Shown: positions 1-10,082 of the stretch, piece after piece | Layout: each line of letters begins with the position of its first letter | How positions within the stretch are numbered: the first letter of the stretch is position 1 | Source: Candidatus Eiseniibacteriota bacterium | GTDB taxonomy: Bacteria; Eisenbacteria; RBG-16-71-46; CAIMUX01; VGJL01 | Length of the DNA stretch: 64,000 nucleotides | Assembly (NCBI GenBank): GCA_041946735.1 | Contig: JBHGAY010000016.1 | Span: forward strand, 32,001-96,000 | Direction of reading: 5' to 3' | Notes under the pieces: generated by a model | Databases searched by the model: none | What the model was told of the DNA's origin: nothing | What the model saw: the letters and a program-made list of their open reading frames with translations, nothing else | Program-made: the position numbers and the translations under genes

Positions 1-2
1 GG

Positions 3-89
3 GAGAGACCCCGCTCGTCCGTCCAGATCGTCAACGTGACCCTCTTGAAGGGCCGGTACCGGAGCGGCACGCCCACGGCGGCATCCTAG
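3..89 (+). CDS. 3' end of a gene entering from the left edge (partial, unknown product)
   Basis: Open frame ...SSVQIVNVTLLKGRYRSGTPTAAS ending in TAG at 87-89; too short to identify. Confidence 0.3.
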   Translation, partial: ERPRSSVQIVNVTLLKGRYRSGTPTAAS

Positions 90-174
90 AGAAAGCCGCG
101 AGCCCAGGCGATCGGAAATTCGACCTTCGGTAGCGCCGGCGCCGAGGGCGCCGGGCGGCCTTCTCTCCCTGCGA

Positions 175-1365
175 TCATCGTGCTTGCGGCGCGCTCGTCT
201 CCTTCGTGGACGCGATCAGGCCGCCGTCGACAAGAAACCGGCCGATCGCAGAGCCGATGATCCGGTTGGCGCGGGAGTTCGGGTGCGGATCGGTGACACT
301 GACCCAGTACCTCGTGGCGGCCTTGCCCTGGAACTCCGGGAAAAGGTCAAGGACCGGGATGCCGTTGGTCCGGCAGAACTCCGTGACTGCCTCATGGTAG
401 GACGTGAGTGGGTAGGTCTTCCGGTCGAGAGAGACAAAGGCCGGGAACACGACCACGGCGGTGCGGGCGCCGATCGATCGGCTGACCCGGTCGATCTCGA
501 GCAACGCTTCGCGCGATCGGATCCACCCCGGGCTCTCCTCCGCGAATCCGGCGCGGTACGCGCCAACGTACCCGACGCTCTTCAGCAGCCCCATCTTGCG
601 TGCGAGGGCACCGACTCGTGGAGAGAGAAAGACAAGGAGCTGCGACTTGCCCTTCACGCGGAACATCGCGTTCGTGATCCGGGAACTGACGCTACGCGCC
701 GAGGAATCACTGCTCCTCACCGACGGCTTCTCGGCGGCGCCTTCTCCGTTGGAGGGAAGGTTGTCCGCCAACGCTGCCTCGTTCGCATTGCTCTTTGGAT
801 CGATATCGTTGTACAGGTAACCGACGAGCACGAGGTCGGGCTGGAAGCCGGCACCTACCTCGGTGAGGTACGCCAGCTCCTGCTCCGTGTTGTATCCCTC
901 GGTTCCGAAGTTGACCGTTTCCACGCGGCGGCCGGCCTCGATCCCGCGGGCATTCAGCTCCCGCTCGAGCACCTGAAGATAGGTGTCTTCGAAAGGCACT
1001 CCGGTCCCGAAGGTGAAGGAATCTCCGAGACCGATGATCCGGAACACGCCTGCCGGCTTCGGGATCGTGATGTCCGGCCCGCGTTGCCCTGTCGCATTCG
1101 TCTGGATGACGACACCGCTTCGGATCGCCTCGCGATTGGGCAGGAGTCCGCCAATCCGGCCGGAACCGGGGATGGGTGCGGAGAATCGGCGCGTGTCCGA
1201 TTTGGGTTGAAGCATTCGGATCGCGCCTTCGGCGACAGCGAGGGCGAGGGCCACGCTGACGATTACCAGGACCCAGTTGGCCAGCCGGGTTCCCGCGCCT
1301 GCCCTCCGGCCGCCGGCGCCGTGGCCCGCTTGCGAGGTCGCGCTCGTATCCGATGTCGTCCTCAT
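175..1365 (-). CDS. SGNH/GDSL hydrolase family protein with N-terminal TM anchor (SxtL-like position)
   Basis: GDSFTFG block I, NFGTEGY block II, C-terminal DPHPN; hydrophobic N-terminal helix; GGAGGAG RBS. Confidence 0.85.
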   Translation of the reverse strand: MRTTSDTSATSQAGHGAGGRRAGAGTRLANWVLVIVSVALALAVAEGAIRMLQPKSDTRRFSAPIPGSGRIGGLLPNREAIRSGVVIQTNATGQRGPDITIPKPAGVFRIIGLGDSFTFGTGVPFEDTYLQVLERELNARGIEAGRRVETVNFGTEGYNTEQELAYLTEVGAGFQPDLVLVGYLYNDIDPKSNANEAALADNLPSNGEGAAEKPSVRSSDSSARSVSSRITNAMFRVKGKSQLLVFLSPRVGALARKMGLLKSVGYVGAYRAGFAEESPGWIRSREALLEIDRVSRSIGARTAVVVFPAFVSLDRKTYPLTSYHEAVTEFCRTNGIPVLDLFPEFQGKAATRYWVSVTDPHPNSRANRIIGSAIGRFLVDGGLIASTKETSAPQAR

Positions 1366-1436
1366 CCCTCTCCTCCTCCAAGGGCGGCGCCGGAATGGCC
1401 CTCCCTCGCGCCCTTTCCCACAGGGAAGCCCCGGCC

Positions 1437-1595
1437 TCAGAAGAGCGTGTAGATGAAGGGAGCGACCGCGCTTCCTGCCGTCAGCGCGACCACCAGCCCG
1501 ATCGTCAGCAGCACGATGACGATCGGCATCAGCCAGAACTTCTTGCGGATCCTGAGGAAACCCCAGATCTCCCGCGCGGCCCCTAGATATCCCAT
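1437..1595 (-). CDS. DUF5989 / SxtK-like small membrane protein (52 aa)
   Basis: RKKFWLMP...SAVAPFIYTLF signature; follows carbamoyltransferase and SxtJ-like genes. Confidence 0.85.
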   Translation of the reverse strand: MGYLGAAREIWGFLRIRKKFWLMPIVIVLLTIGLVVALTAGSAVAPFIYTLF

Positions 1596-1691
1596 TCCTC
1601 GACTCCTGTGGCTGCAGTGCACCGGCGCTGCATCAAGCACCACCCTCTCGGGCGCAAGGGCTCCGGCGGTGCTTCGACCGGCGCCGACAAA

Positions 1692-2165
1692 TCACGAATA
1701 CGACCGTTCATAGCTCTTCGGGTCTGGTTCCGCCTGCGTCTCCGGGCGGTCGACCCAGTAACTCGGCCGCCGACGCTTCCAATCCATGTCGAGCGGGTCT
1801 CGCCGGAACGGCCGACTCACGACGCCGTAAGGCGTCACGATCAGGAAGTAGACGAGGGTCAGAATCACGCGGGTGGAAACCCAGGATAGCGCCTCGGCGA
1901 ATCGCATCCAGAGACGGAAGAAACGGATCCAAAGCGGACGAAGGAGGAACGCGCAGAGGAGCGAGAGCGCCCCGATCCCGGCGAGAATTTCAGCACGCGT
2001 TGGGTGGCCGCGCCACAGCGAGAGCGCTGCGATCGCCCCGGTCAGAAGCGCGAGAATGATCGAGAAGCGACGAGCTTCCGTCGCCTCGCTCCGTTGCCGC
2101 CTGGGTCTGAGGACCGGCGCTCCGTCCGTGAACGAAGGAGCCTTTTCCTTTCGTGGATCAGTCAA
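1692..2165 (-). CDS. SxtJ family membrane protein
   Basis: WMRFAEALSWVSTRVILTLVYFLIVTPYG...RDPL...SYW motif; start overlaps the carbamoyltransferase stop. Confidence 0.8.
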   Translation of the reverse strand: MTDPRKEKAPSFTDGAPVLRPRRQRSEATEARRFSIILALLTGAIAALSLWRGHPTRAEILAGIGALSLLCAFLLRPLWIRFFRLWMRFAEALSWVSTRVILTLVYFLIVTPYGVVSRPFRRDPLDMDWKRRRPSYWVDRPETQAEPDPKSYERSYS

Positions 2166-3981
2166 GGGCGAACTCCTTCATCCATGACGTGTCCGAGGCC
2201 GGCAACGACTGATCCTCTTTGCCGATCAGCCAGGAACCGAGGACGAGGACGTCCATGTCGGTCCGCATGAAGCAGCGCCAGGCGTCTTCGGGCGTGCAGA
2301 CGATCGGCTCGCCGCGCACGTTGAAGGACGTGTTGACGATGACCGGACAGCCGGTCTTCTCGTAGAAGCGCTCGATCAGCCGGTGGTACCGGGGAGAGTC
2401 CTCACGAGACACCGTTTGAATCCGCGCCGAGCGATCGACGTGCGTCACCGCGGGGATCTCGCTCCGGATCACCTTCAGCTTGTCGAGACCGAAGAGTCCA
2501 TCATCATCGCAGGGAAGGAGACGGTCTTTGTGAACGTCGGCGACGAGGAGCATGTACGGGCTCTCCGCGCCGTCCAGGTCGAACCACTCCGCCGCTCTTT
2601 CCTTGAGCGCGGATGGCGCGAACGGGCGGAACGACTCGCGGAACTTGATCTTCAGGTTCATTTTCGTCTGCATCTCGCGATTTCGGGCGTCACCGATGAT
2701 CGAGCGCGAACCGAGGGCCCGGGGTCCGAACTCCATCCGGCCGTCGAACCAGCCGATCACTTTGCCTTCCGCGATCATGTCCGTGACCCGGTCGACCAAC
2801 TCCTCGAAGTCCGACGCGCGCGAAGCCTTGATCTCGCGCTCGACGAGGAAGCGACCGATCAAGTCGTCGTCGAACGCGGGGCCAAGGAGGCTTGCGCGCT
2901 GCGAGTCATGGATTCCGTCGGCGCGGCGCTCGGCGCCCAGAATCTGATGATGGACGAAGAGGGCCGCCCCGAGTGCGCCTCCCGCGTCTCCTGCGGCCGG
3001 CTGGATCCATATCCGGCGGAAGGGCCCTTCGCGGAGGATCCGCCCATTGGCGACGCAGTTGAGGGCCACGCCACCCGCAAGAACCAGATTCTCGCAACCG
3101 GTCCGGTCGCGGGCGAACGCAGCCATCCGCATCATCACCTTCTCGGTGACGACCTGAATCGACGCCGCCATGTCCATCTCGCGTTGCGTGAGCGCGCTCT
3201 CCGGGGAGCGCGGCGGACCGTCGAAGAGCCGGGCGAACTTCTTGTTCGTCATCGTCAGGCCCGCGCAATAGTTGAAGTAGCGCATGTTCAACCGGAAGGA
3301 CCCGTCCTCGCGGATGTCGATCAGCTCGCGCTCGATCCGGTCGACGTAAACCGGCCGGCCGTACGGGGCGAGGCCCATCAGCTTGTACTCGCCGCTGTTG
3401 ACCTTGAAGCCCGTGAAGTAGGTGAAGGCCGAGTACAGGAGCCCGAGGGAGTGCGGGAAGTGGATCTCCTTCAGGATGCGGATCCGATTCCCCTCGCCGA
3501 CTCCGAGGCTGGCCGTCGCCCACTCTCCGACCCCGTCGATCGTCAGGATGGCGGCCTTCTCGAAGGGCGAGGGGAAGAAGGCGCTGGCGGCGTGCGATTC
3601 GTGGTGCTCGGTGAAGAGGATCTTTCCCTCGTACCCGAGCTCTTGCCGGATGTCCTCGCGCATCCAGAGCTTCTTCTTGAGCCAGAGCGGCATCGCCAGG
3701 AGGAACGAAGAGAGCCCGGCGGGCGCGAACCGCAGATAGGTCTCGAGGAGGCGCTCGAACTTGAGAATCGGCTTGTCGTAGAAGACGACGTAGTCGAGCT
3801 GGTCGACCGAATCGAGTCCGCCCTCGCGCAAGCAGTAGGAGATCGCGTTTCGGGGGAACCCGAAGTCGTGCTTCTTGCGAGTGAAGCGCTCCTCCTGAGC
3901 GGCTGCGACGATCCGGCCCTCGTCGACGAGGCACGCGGCGCTGTCGTGGTAGTAGGCCGAAATGCCGAGAATCCTGCTCAC
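2158..3981 (-). CDS. Carbamoyltransferase (NodU/CmcH/SxtI family)
   Basis: ILGISAYYHDSAA, EERFTRKKHD, EHHESHAASAF, GEYKLMGLAPYG, GGVALNCVANG, EFGPRALG, NTSFNVRGEPIV; GTG start with GGAGG RBS. Confidence 0.95.
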   Translation of the reverse strand: MSRILGISAYYHDSAACLVDEGRIVAAAQEERFTRKKHDFGFPRNAISYCLREGGLDSVDQLDYVVFYDKPILKFERLLETYLRFAPAGLSSFLLAMPLWLKKKLWMREDIRQELGYEGKILFTEHHESHAASAFFPSPFEKAAILTIDGVGEWATASLGVGEGNRIRILKEIHFPHSLGLLYSAFTYFTGFKVNSGEYKLMGLAPYGRPVYVDRIERELIDIREDGSFRLNMRYFNYCAGLTMTNKKFARLFDGPPRSPESALTQREMDMAASIQVVTEKVMMRMAAFARDRTGCENLVLAGGVALNCVANGRILREGPFRRIWIQPAAGDAGGALGAALFVHHQILGAERRADGIHDSQRASLLGPAFDDDLIGRFLVEREIKASRASDFEELVDRVTDMIAEGKVIGWFDGRMEFGPRALGSRSIIGDARNREMQTKMNLKIKFRESFRPFAPSALKERAAEWFDLDGAESPYMLLVADVHKDRLLPCDDDGLFGLDKLKVIRSEIPAVTHVDRSARIQTVSREDSPRYHRLIERFYEKTGCPVIVNTSFNVRGEPIVCTPEDAWRCFMRTDMDVLVLGSWLIGKEDQSLPASDTSWMKEFALD

Positions 3982-4118
3982 ATTCCTCCCCCCCATCGCC
4001 GAGGGTCGATTCTACCATGTATCGTCAATTCCCGGAGCCGGCATTAGCCTGCGGGACTGCCGAACGCGTCGCGGCGAGGCAGGCGGGACAGCGCGAAGCG
4101 GAGTATCATTCCCCTTCG

Positions 4119-5237
4119 ATGAAGAGCATCCCCGAGAACGAACCGGTTGCGGCCGCCCTCCTGGGCCTCATCGATCGGTACGAGAAGGAAAGCGGCTTCT
4201 GGGGCGCATTCCTGATCGAGGCCCAGGGGCGGGTGCTCCTCTCCGGCGCACGCGGGTATGCGCACCTCGGGTTCGGCATCCCCAACCGGCCGGAGACCCG
4301 GTTCGATACCGCCTCTGTGACCAAGATCTTCACGGCGGCGGCCGCCTTCCGCCTGATCGACCGGGGGCTCGTCGGCCTCGAGGAACGCGTCCGTGACATC
4401 ATCGACCTCGGCGACTCGCCCATTCCTCACGAGGTCACGCTGGCTCATTGCCTCACCCACAGCTCGGGGATCGCGGACGATGCCGATGAAGAAGCGGGCG
4501 AGGATTACGAAGACATCTGGCGCGAGCGCCCCTGCTACATGGTGCGCGAGACGCGCGACTTCCTTCCGCAGTTCGCCGCAAAGCGGCCGCTCTTCCCGCC
4601 CGGGACGGCCTGCCGCTACAACAATTGCGCCTTCGTCCTCGCGGGGCTCGTGCTCGAGGACCGGACAGGGATGTCCTACCGAGACATCGTCGAGCGTGAG
4701 GTCTTCGCGCCGGCCGGGATGACGCGAAGCGGGTTCTTCGCCAAGGATGGGACCGAGCCCGACGTCGCGGAAGGCTACGCCGAGATGCAGGACGCCAAGG
4801 TAGCCGAGGTAGCCGACGCGCTACGCGACGACCCCGCTCGTTCCCCACGCCTTCGCAAGAACATCTATGCCTATCCGCCGGTCGGTTCCCCGGATGGCGG
4901 CGCCTACACGACGGTCGGCGACCTCCGGTCCTTCTTCGCGGCCCTGGAAGGTCCCGATTACCTGTCGCCGCCGTCGCGCGGGCGGATCCTGTCGCCCGTC
5001 CTGCACTATCGGGACCTGAAGGATGGAGGCGAGCGAAGGATGGGATATGCGCTGGAGCACGACTTCGACCCCTCGGGCAGTCGTGTGCGCTTCGGCAAGG
5101 ATGGCGTCAATCCCGGTGTCGCGGCGATCGCGATGCGCTATCCGGACAACGACGGGTTCATCGCCCTTCTCGCGAATCGGGACGCCGATGTATGGACCCT
5201 ATGCCGGGAGCTCGCTCGCACCGCCGGTCTCGTCTAG
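4119..5237 (+). CDS. Serine hydrolase, beta-lactamase/AmpC-like family
   Basis: SxxK (ASVTK), LTHSSG, YxN (YNN); start uncertain (ORF is open from 4017). Confidence 0.85.
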   Translation: MKSIPENEPVAAALLGLIDRYEKESGFWGAFLIEAQGRVLLSGARGYAHLGFGIPNRPETRFDTASVTKIFTAAAAFRLIDRGLVGLEERVRDIIDLGDSPIPHEVTLAHCLTHSSGIADDADEEAGEDYEDIWRERPCYMVRETRDFLPQFAAKRPLFPPGTACRYNNCAFVLAGLVLEDRTGMSYRDIVEREVFAPAGMTRSGFFAKDGTEPDVAEGYAEMQDAKVAEVADALRDDPARSPRLRKNIYAYPPVGSPDGGAYTTVGDLRSFFAALEGPDYLSPPSRGRILSPVLHYRDLKDGGERRMGYALEHDFDPSGSRVRFGKDGVNPGVAAIAMRYPDNDGFIALLANRDADVWTLCRELARTAGLV

Positions 5238-5384
5238 GGACACTCCGAGCAGACGTTCGGGATCCGCCCCGCCCCCCCTCTCTTTCCCACGAATTTCGCT
5301 TCTGAAGCGCCGAGCCTTGCATGTACGATCTCCCGTTCCTGACTTGTCCGCTCACTTCGATCGGGCCGCGCTGCAAGGATTCCG

Positions 5385-6176
5385 ATGGCAAGTACGCTCA
5401 CGTCCGTCGATCGCCTGCTCCGGCATCTCAATCTGGGGCGCGAGGCGCCGAGCCTCGACTATCTCCATCGCGTGATTCGCGAGCATCAGATGCGCGTGCC
5501 GTTCGAGACGTTGACCAAGCTGCTCGACTACGAGCCTGGACTGCGCCGTGGCGATTTCCTGCCGTCCTTCGACGAGTACGTCGAGCGGATCGTGACGAGA
5601 GGTGGCGGCGGGCTCTGTTGGACGCTTGCTCGCGGCCTTCACGTTCTCTTGACCGACCTGGGCTTCGATGCATCTCTCATGATCATGGAGCCGGGGCACT
5701 GCTGCGTGCGTGTCGAGCTGCCGGATGGGTCCTTCTACGCCGACGTGGGGTATGCAGCCCCTATCTTTCGCGCGTACCCACTCTACGAATCGTTTTCCCT
5801 CGATACGCCGCGCGAGAAGTTCGAGTACAAGGTCGGCGAGGATGGTATCTTCGTGACCCGCAATCCAGGGCCGACGAAGAAGCTCGATCCAACGCCACGA
5901 GCGATCGGGGATCTCCGCGGTCTCATCACAGCCGCCAATGACTGGACCGTTCCGCACAGCTTCCTGAGGCGGCTTGCCTATGCGGGCTATGTCGACGGGG
6001 TCTATACGAGCCTCAACAATGGCACCCTACGCCGCTACCTGCCGGGCGGCCTCGAGACGACAGAGCTCGAGCCCGCGGACATTCCGAGCGCCCTCGGCGT
6101 CACCTTCGGCGTCGATCCGGACCTCTATCGCGAGGCGGCAGCCGTCCATCGGCGTTACGCCCCTCCGTCCGAGTGA
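5385..6176 (+). CDS. Arylamine N-acetyltransferase family protein
   Basis: HQMRVPFETL, RGGGGLC (catalytic Cys), GH, ADVG consistent with the Cys-His-Asp triad. Confidence 0.8.
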   Translation: MASTLTSVDRLLRHLNLGREAPSLDYLHRVIREHQMRVPFETLTKLLDYEPGLRRGDFLPSFDEYVERIVTRGGGGLCWTLARGLHVLLTDLGFDASLMIMEPGHCCVRVELPDGSFYADVGYAAPIFRAYPLYESFSLDTPREKFEYKVGEDGIFVTRNPGPTKKLDPTPRAIGDLRGLITAANDWTVPHSFLRRLAYAGYVDGVYTSLNNGTLRRYLPGGLETTELEPADIPSALGVTFGVDPDLYREAAAVHRRYAPPSE

Positions 6177-6190
6177 ACGACGTCCCGGAG

Positions 6191-7417
6191 TTACGCGGCG
6201 CGCATCGCGTCGAGGACGCCGGGGAAGGGGCGTAGCGCGCGCTCGAAGACCCCGAGCGTCCAGGCGATGGCCATCCCGTAGTTCGTGATCGGCACGCCGG
6301 CCTGCCGGCATTTCAGGATCCGCGAGAGGACTTCGCGGCGGGTCAGCATGCACGATCCGCAGTGGACGACGAGCCGGTAGCTCCGCAGGTCGGGCGGAAA
6401 GTCGTGGCCCTGGCTGATGTGGACGTCGAGCGCGCCGCCCGCCTTTTCCGAAAGCCAGCGCGGGATCTTGACGCGTCCGATGTCCTCGCCGATCGGGTGG
6501 TGCGTGCACGCCTCCGCGATCAGCACGCGGTCGCCCGGCCGCAGTCCGGCGATCGTGCCCGCGCCGCGCGCGAACTCGGCGAGGTCCCCTTTCTGGCGTG
6601 AGAAGAGAATCGAGAACGAGGTCATGGGGATCTCAGGCGGCGTCTGGCGCGCGACCTCGGCGAAGGCTTGCGAATCGGTCACGACGAGCGCGGGAGGCTC
6701 GGCCGCCAGGCGCGCGATCGTGCGCGCGAGTTCCGGCACCTGGACGACGACCGAGCCCGCGTGGTGGTCCAACAGGTCGCGGATCACCTGCGCCTGCGGC
6801 AGAATCAGGCGCCCCTTCGGCGCCTCCTTGTCGATCGGGACGACGAGCACGGCCAGCCCGCCCGGCGGCACGAGGTCGCCCACGAGCGGCAAGGCGTTGA
6901 CGAAGTCCTCGGGCGCCGCCGCTACGATCGCTTCTCGCAGGCGGTCGATCCCGGCTCCGCTCGCGGCCGCCGTCCGCAGGAACGGGACTCCGCTCGCGCG
7001 GAAGCGCTCCTCGAGGTCGAGGTCGGGAGGACCGAGATCGCTCTTGTTCAGGACGACGAGTACCGGCGCCTCGCGCGCGGCCAGCTCCTGGAGCAGCGAC
7101 TCCTCGAAGGCCTCCCAGCGTCCAGCTTGCGCGACCAGGATGCCGAGATCGACGCGGTCGAGGATCGCCTTCGTGCGCGCGACCCGCTGGCCGCCGAGAT
7201 CGCTGGTGTCGTCGACGCCGGCCGTATCGATGAAGAGGACCGGTCCCAGCGGGGCCAGCTCCATCGGCTTCTCGACCGGATCGGTCGTCGTCCCCGCCAC
7301 GTCGGACACGATCGATACCTGTTGGCGGGTCAGCGCATTCAGGAGCGAGGACTTCCCTACGTTGCGGCGGCCGAAGATTCCGATGTGGAGGCGGTTGCCT
7401 TTTGGCGTTCGTTGCAT
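6191..7417 (-). CDS. hydF: [FeFe]-hydrogenase H-cluster maturation GTPase HydF
   Basis: RLHIGIFGRRNVGKSS, GTTTDPV, DTAG, NKSD, PKGRLILPQ, EACTHH, HCGSC. Confidence 0.95.
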   Translation of the reverse strand: MQRTPKGNRLHIGIFGRRNVGKSSLLNALTRQQVSIVSDVAGTTTDPVEKPMELAPLGPVLFIDTAGVDDTSDLGGQRVARTKAILDRVDLGILVAQAGRWEAFEESLLQELAAREAPVLVVLNKSDLGPPDLDLEERFRASGVPFLRTAAASGAGIDRLREAIVAAAPEDFVNALPLVGDLVPPGGLAVLVVPIDKEAPKGRLILPQAQVIRDLLDHHAGSVVVQVPELARTIARLAAEPPALVVTDSQAFAEVARQTPPEIPMTSFSILFSRQKGDLAEFARGAGTIAGLRPGDRVLIAEACTHHPIGEDIGRVKIPRWLSEKAGGALDVHISQGHDFPPDLRSYRLVVHCGSCMLTRREVLSRILKCRQAGVPITNYGMAIAWTLGVFERALRPFPGVLDAMRAA

Positions 7418-7467
7418 GGCGCTCCTCCGGTTTGCCCTCCGGTCCCCGGGATCCGTGTCGTCTCCTC

Positions 7468-8949
7468 TCAGAAGTAGAGGTCGCGGTCGTCCGTCTCGCG
7501 GATTCGCCGAAGCCGCTCTTGGACCGCCGCCCGAACTCGCGCGTCCTCGATCCCGGCCAGCTCGCGCTCGATCTGCGCCATCCCCGCCGCGCGAGTCTCG
7601 GGCGACGCGTAGTCCACCAGATACTCGGCAAGGGTCGTCAGCGCGTTCGGCGCGCAGAAGCGCTTGATGAAGCCGGGGACCGCGAACTCCATGAAGTGCT
7701 CGCCCGTTCTTCCCAGGCGGTAGCACGCGGTGCAGAAGCTTGGGAGGTGGCCATCCTCGATCAGCTCGCGCATCACGTCGTCGAGCGGCCGGATGTCCCC
7801 GAGGCGGAACTGCTCGCGCTCCATCTGCTGCGCGTCCCCCGCCTCGGTATAGCCCCCCAGTTCGATGCGGCTGCCCGCGTCGATCTGCGAGACCCCGAAA
7901 TCCATGAGGGATCGCCGCAGCGCCGGATCCTCACGGGCCGTCAAGATCAGTCCCGTGTACGGGACGGCCAGACGAAGCAAAGCCACGACGCGCCGGAACG
8001 ACTCGTCCGACACCGGCACGCCCCCGCGAAGGTCGACGCCGGCGGCCGGCTGGAGGCGCGGGAAGCTGATCGTATGCGGCCCGACGCCGTAACGCTCCTG
8101 GAGGTGCAGGGCGTGCGCGACGAGCCCCAGGATCTCGAAGCGCCAGTCGTCGTGCAGCCCGAACAACGCGCCGATCCCCACGTCGTCGCACCCCGCCTCC
8201 ATGGCGCGGCCGGGGGCGTCGAGCCGCCAGAGGTAGTCGGCCTTCCTCGTCCCTTTCGGATGAACGCGCGCGTAGGTCGCGTGGTGGTAGGTCTCCTGGA
8301 AGATCTGGTAGGTGCCGATCCCGGCCGCCTTCACCGTCGCGAAGCCCTCGTGGTCGAGCGGGGCGGCGTTGATGTTCACGCGACGGATCTCGCCGTGTCC
8401 GCTGCGCGTTTCGTAGACCGTGCGTACCGTCTCGGCGATATAGGTCGCGTCGTAGCGCGGATGCTCCCCGAAGACGAGGATCAGCCGCTTGTGTCCCATC
8501 GCTTCGAGCGCGAGCACCTGGCGGCGCACCTCCTCGTCGTCGAGCGTGCGGCGCACCGCTTCGCGGTTCGAACGCCGGAAGCCGCAGTAGGCGCAGTCGT
8601 TCACGCAAAGATTGCCGACGTAGAGCGGCGCGAACAGGACGATCCGGTTGCCGTAGACGTTCCGCTTGAGAGCGCGCGCCGCCTCGAAGATCTCCTCGAG
8701 GAGGTCGGTGTCGGTCACGCGCAGGAGCGTGGCCGTCTCGTCCACGCTCAGCGCCTGCTTCGCCAGGCTCTTCGCGAGGATCTCCCGGACCTTTGCGGGA
8801 TCGGGACGGTCGACCGCATCATCTTTGGCTCCGAGCAGCGCGGCGAGACGGGCGTCGTCGATGAAGTCCCTCGCGCCAGCCGACAAGCCGCGCCGCGGGC
8901 CGGAGGCCGCGGACGCGGACCGCTCCGCGCTTCGAGACGCTTCCATCAT
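7468..8949 (-). CDS. hydG: [FeFe]-hydrogenase maturation radical SAM protein HydG
   Basis: CxxxCxxC (CVNDCAYC), IFQETYH, GPHTISFPR, C-terminal SFCTACYR...FC. Confidence 0.95.
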   Translation of the reverse strand: MMEASRSAERSASAASGPRRGLSAGARDFIDDARLAALLGAKDDAVDRPDPAKVREILAKSLAKQALSVDETATLLRVTDTDLLEEIFEAARALKRNVYGNRIVLFAPLYVGNLCVNDCAYCGFRRSNREAVRRTLDDEEVRRQVLALEAMGHKRLILVFGEHPRYDATYIAETVRTVYETRSGHGEIRRVNINAAPLDHEGFATVKAAGIGTYQIFQETYHHATYARVHPKGTRKADYLWRLDAPGRAMEAGCDDVGIGALFGLHDDWRFEILGLVAHALHLQERYGVGPHTISFPRLQPAAGVDLRGGVPVSDESFRRVVALLRLAVPYTGLILTAREDPALRRSLMDFGVSQIDAGSRIELGGYTEAGDAQQMEREQFRLGDIRPLDDVMRELIEDGHLPSFCTACYRLGRTGEHFMEFAVPGFIKRFCAPNALTTLAEYLVDYASPETRAAGMAQIERELAGIEDARVRAAVQERLRRIRETDDRDLYF

Positions 8950-10082
8950 GGGATCCTCCGCGGCCGTCGTGGCGATGCCTGTGGCGCGGCGCACGCCTGC
9001 GGCGATCGTTTGCGCGCGTTCGCGGATCCGCCAGGGCCGGCGCCCACGACCCGCCCGATCGCGCGGATCTTGCCCTCCACCGACCGGCCCGAGGTGGGCA
9101 GTTCTGACGCCCGGGCATCGGATGGCGTCTCGCTGAGGCACGCCTTTTCCGGGTAGATCTCATAGAGGCGCCGGTACCGCATGGGTGTCACGTTGGGCAT
9201 CAGGACGTTTGCACCACGCCGCAATCCGCGCTCGCGCCCTTCGGCAGGGTCGAGCGTCGCGAGCGCCGTCGTGCTCGGAATGTTCGCGTCGGGACAGAGG
9301 AGGCGCGCCAGCGCGATCACGCGGTAGGTCGCCTCCGGCGTGTGGGGGACGCCGCCTCCCGCGCCGGCCGCCGACGCGAGCGGGGTGTCCGGGTGCGGCA
9401 CGTAGGGGCCGACTCCGATCATGTCGAGATCGAGGTCGCGGAACGCGAGCAGGTCGTCCGCGAGATCCTCCCATGTCTGCCCCGGGATGCCCACCATCAC
9501 GCCGCTTCCCACCTCGTAGCCGATCGCGCGCAACGCGCGCAGGATCCGAAAGCGATCGGACTCGCTCCCCGGACGGCGCGCCGGATGGATCGCGTCGTAA
9601 AGCCGCCGGTTCGACGTCTCGAAGCGGAGCAGGTACCGGTCCGCTCCGGCCGCGCGCCACAGCGTCAGGTCCTGTTCGCTTCGCTCCCCGAGCGAGAGCG
9701 TGACCGCCAGGCCGGTCGCCTCCTTGATCCGCCGGACGATCGACGCGATCCCCGGTCCGTCGTAGAAGGGATCCTCGCCGGACTGCAAAACGACCGTCCC
9801 GTAGCCGAGCCGCGCCGCGTCCGCGGCCGCCGCGACGATTTCATCTCCGCTCATCCGGTAGCGGACGAGGCCGCGGTTCTCCGCGCGGATCCCGCAATAG
9901 GCGCACGCGCGCACGCAGTAGTTCGAGAACTCGATCAGTCCGCGCAGGTGCACCTGGTCACCGACATGCTCGCGGCGGACCCGATCGGCGAGATCCCAGA
10001 GGATTTCGAGCCGCTCGGGATCCTCCTCGCGCAGCCAGAGCAGGATCTCCTGCCGGCCGAGTTCTGCGTGGGCCCCGGGCAT
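8946..10082 (-). CDS. hydE: [FeFe]-hydrogenase maturation radical SAM protein HydE
   Basis: LRGLIEFSNYCVRACAYCG, VLQSGED, YLLRFET, DMIGVGP, GANVLMPN, YEIY; TGATG coupling with the upstream gene. Confidence 0.93.
   Translation of the reverse strand: MPGAHAELGRQEILLWLREEDPERLEILWDLADRVRREHVGDQVHLRGLIEFSNYCVRACAYCGIRAENRGLVRYRMSGDEIVAAAADAARLGYGTVVLQSGEDPFYDGPGIASIVRRIKEATGLAVTLSLGERSEQDLTLWRAAGADRYLLRFETSNRRLYDAIHPARRPGSESDRFRILRALRAIGYEVGSGVMVGIPGQTWEDLADDLLAFRDLDLDMIGVGPYVPHPDTPLASAAGAGGGVPHTPEATYRVIALARLLCPDANIPSTTALATLDPAEGRERGLRRGANVLMPNVTPMRYRRLYEIYPEKACLSETPSDARASELPTSGRSVEGKIRAIGRVVGAGPGGSANARKRSPQACAAPQASPRRPRRIP

Noticed and set aside
175..3981. Saxitoxin biosynthesis
   Set aside because: No sxtA, sxtG or other core genes in the window; the cassette alone is not diagnostic
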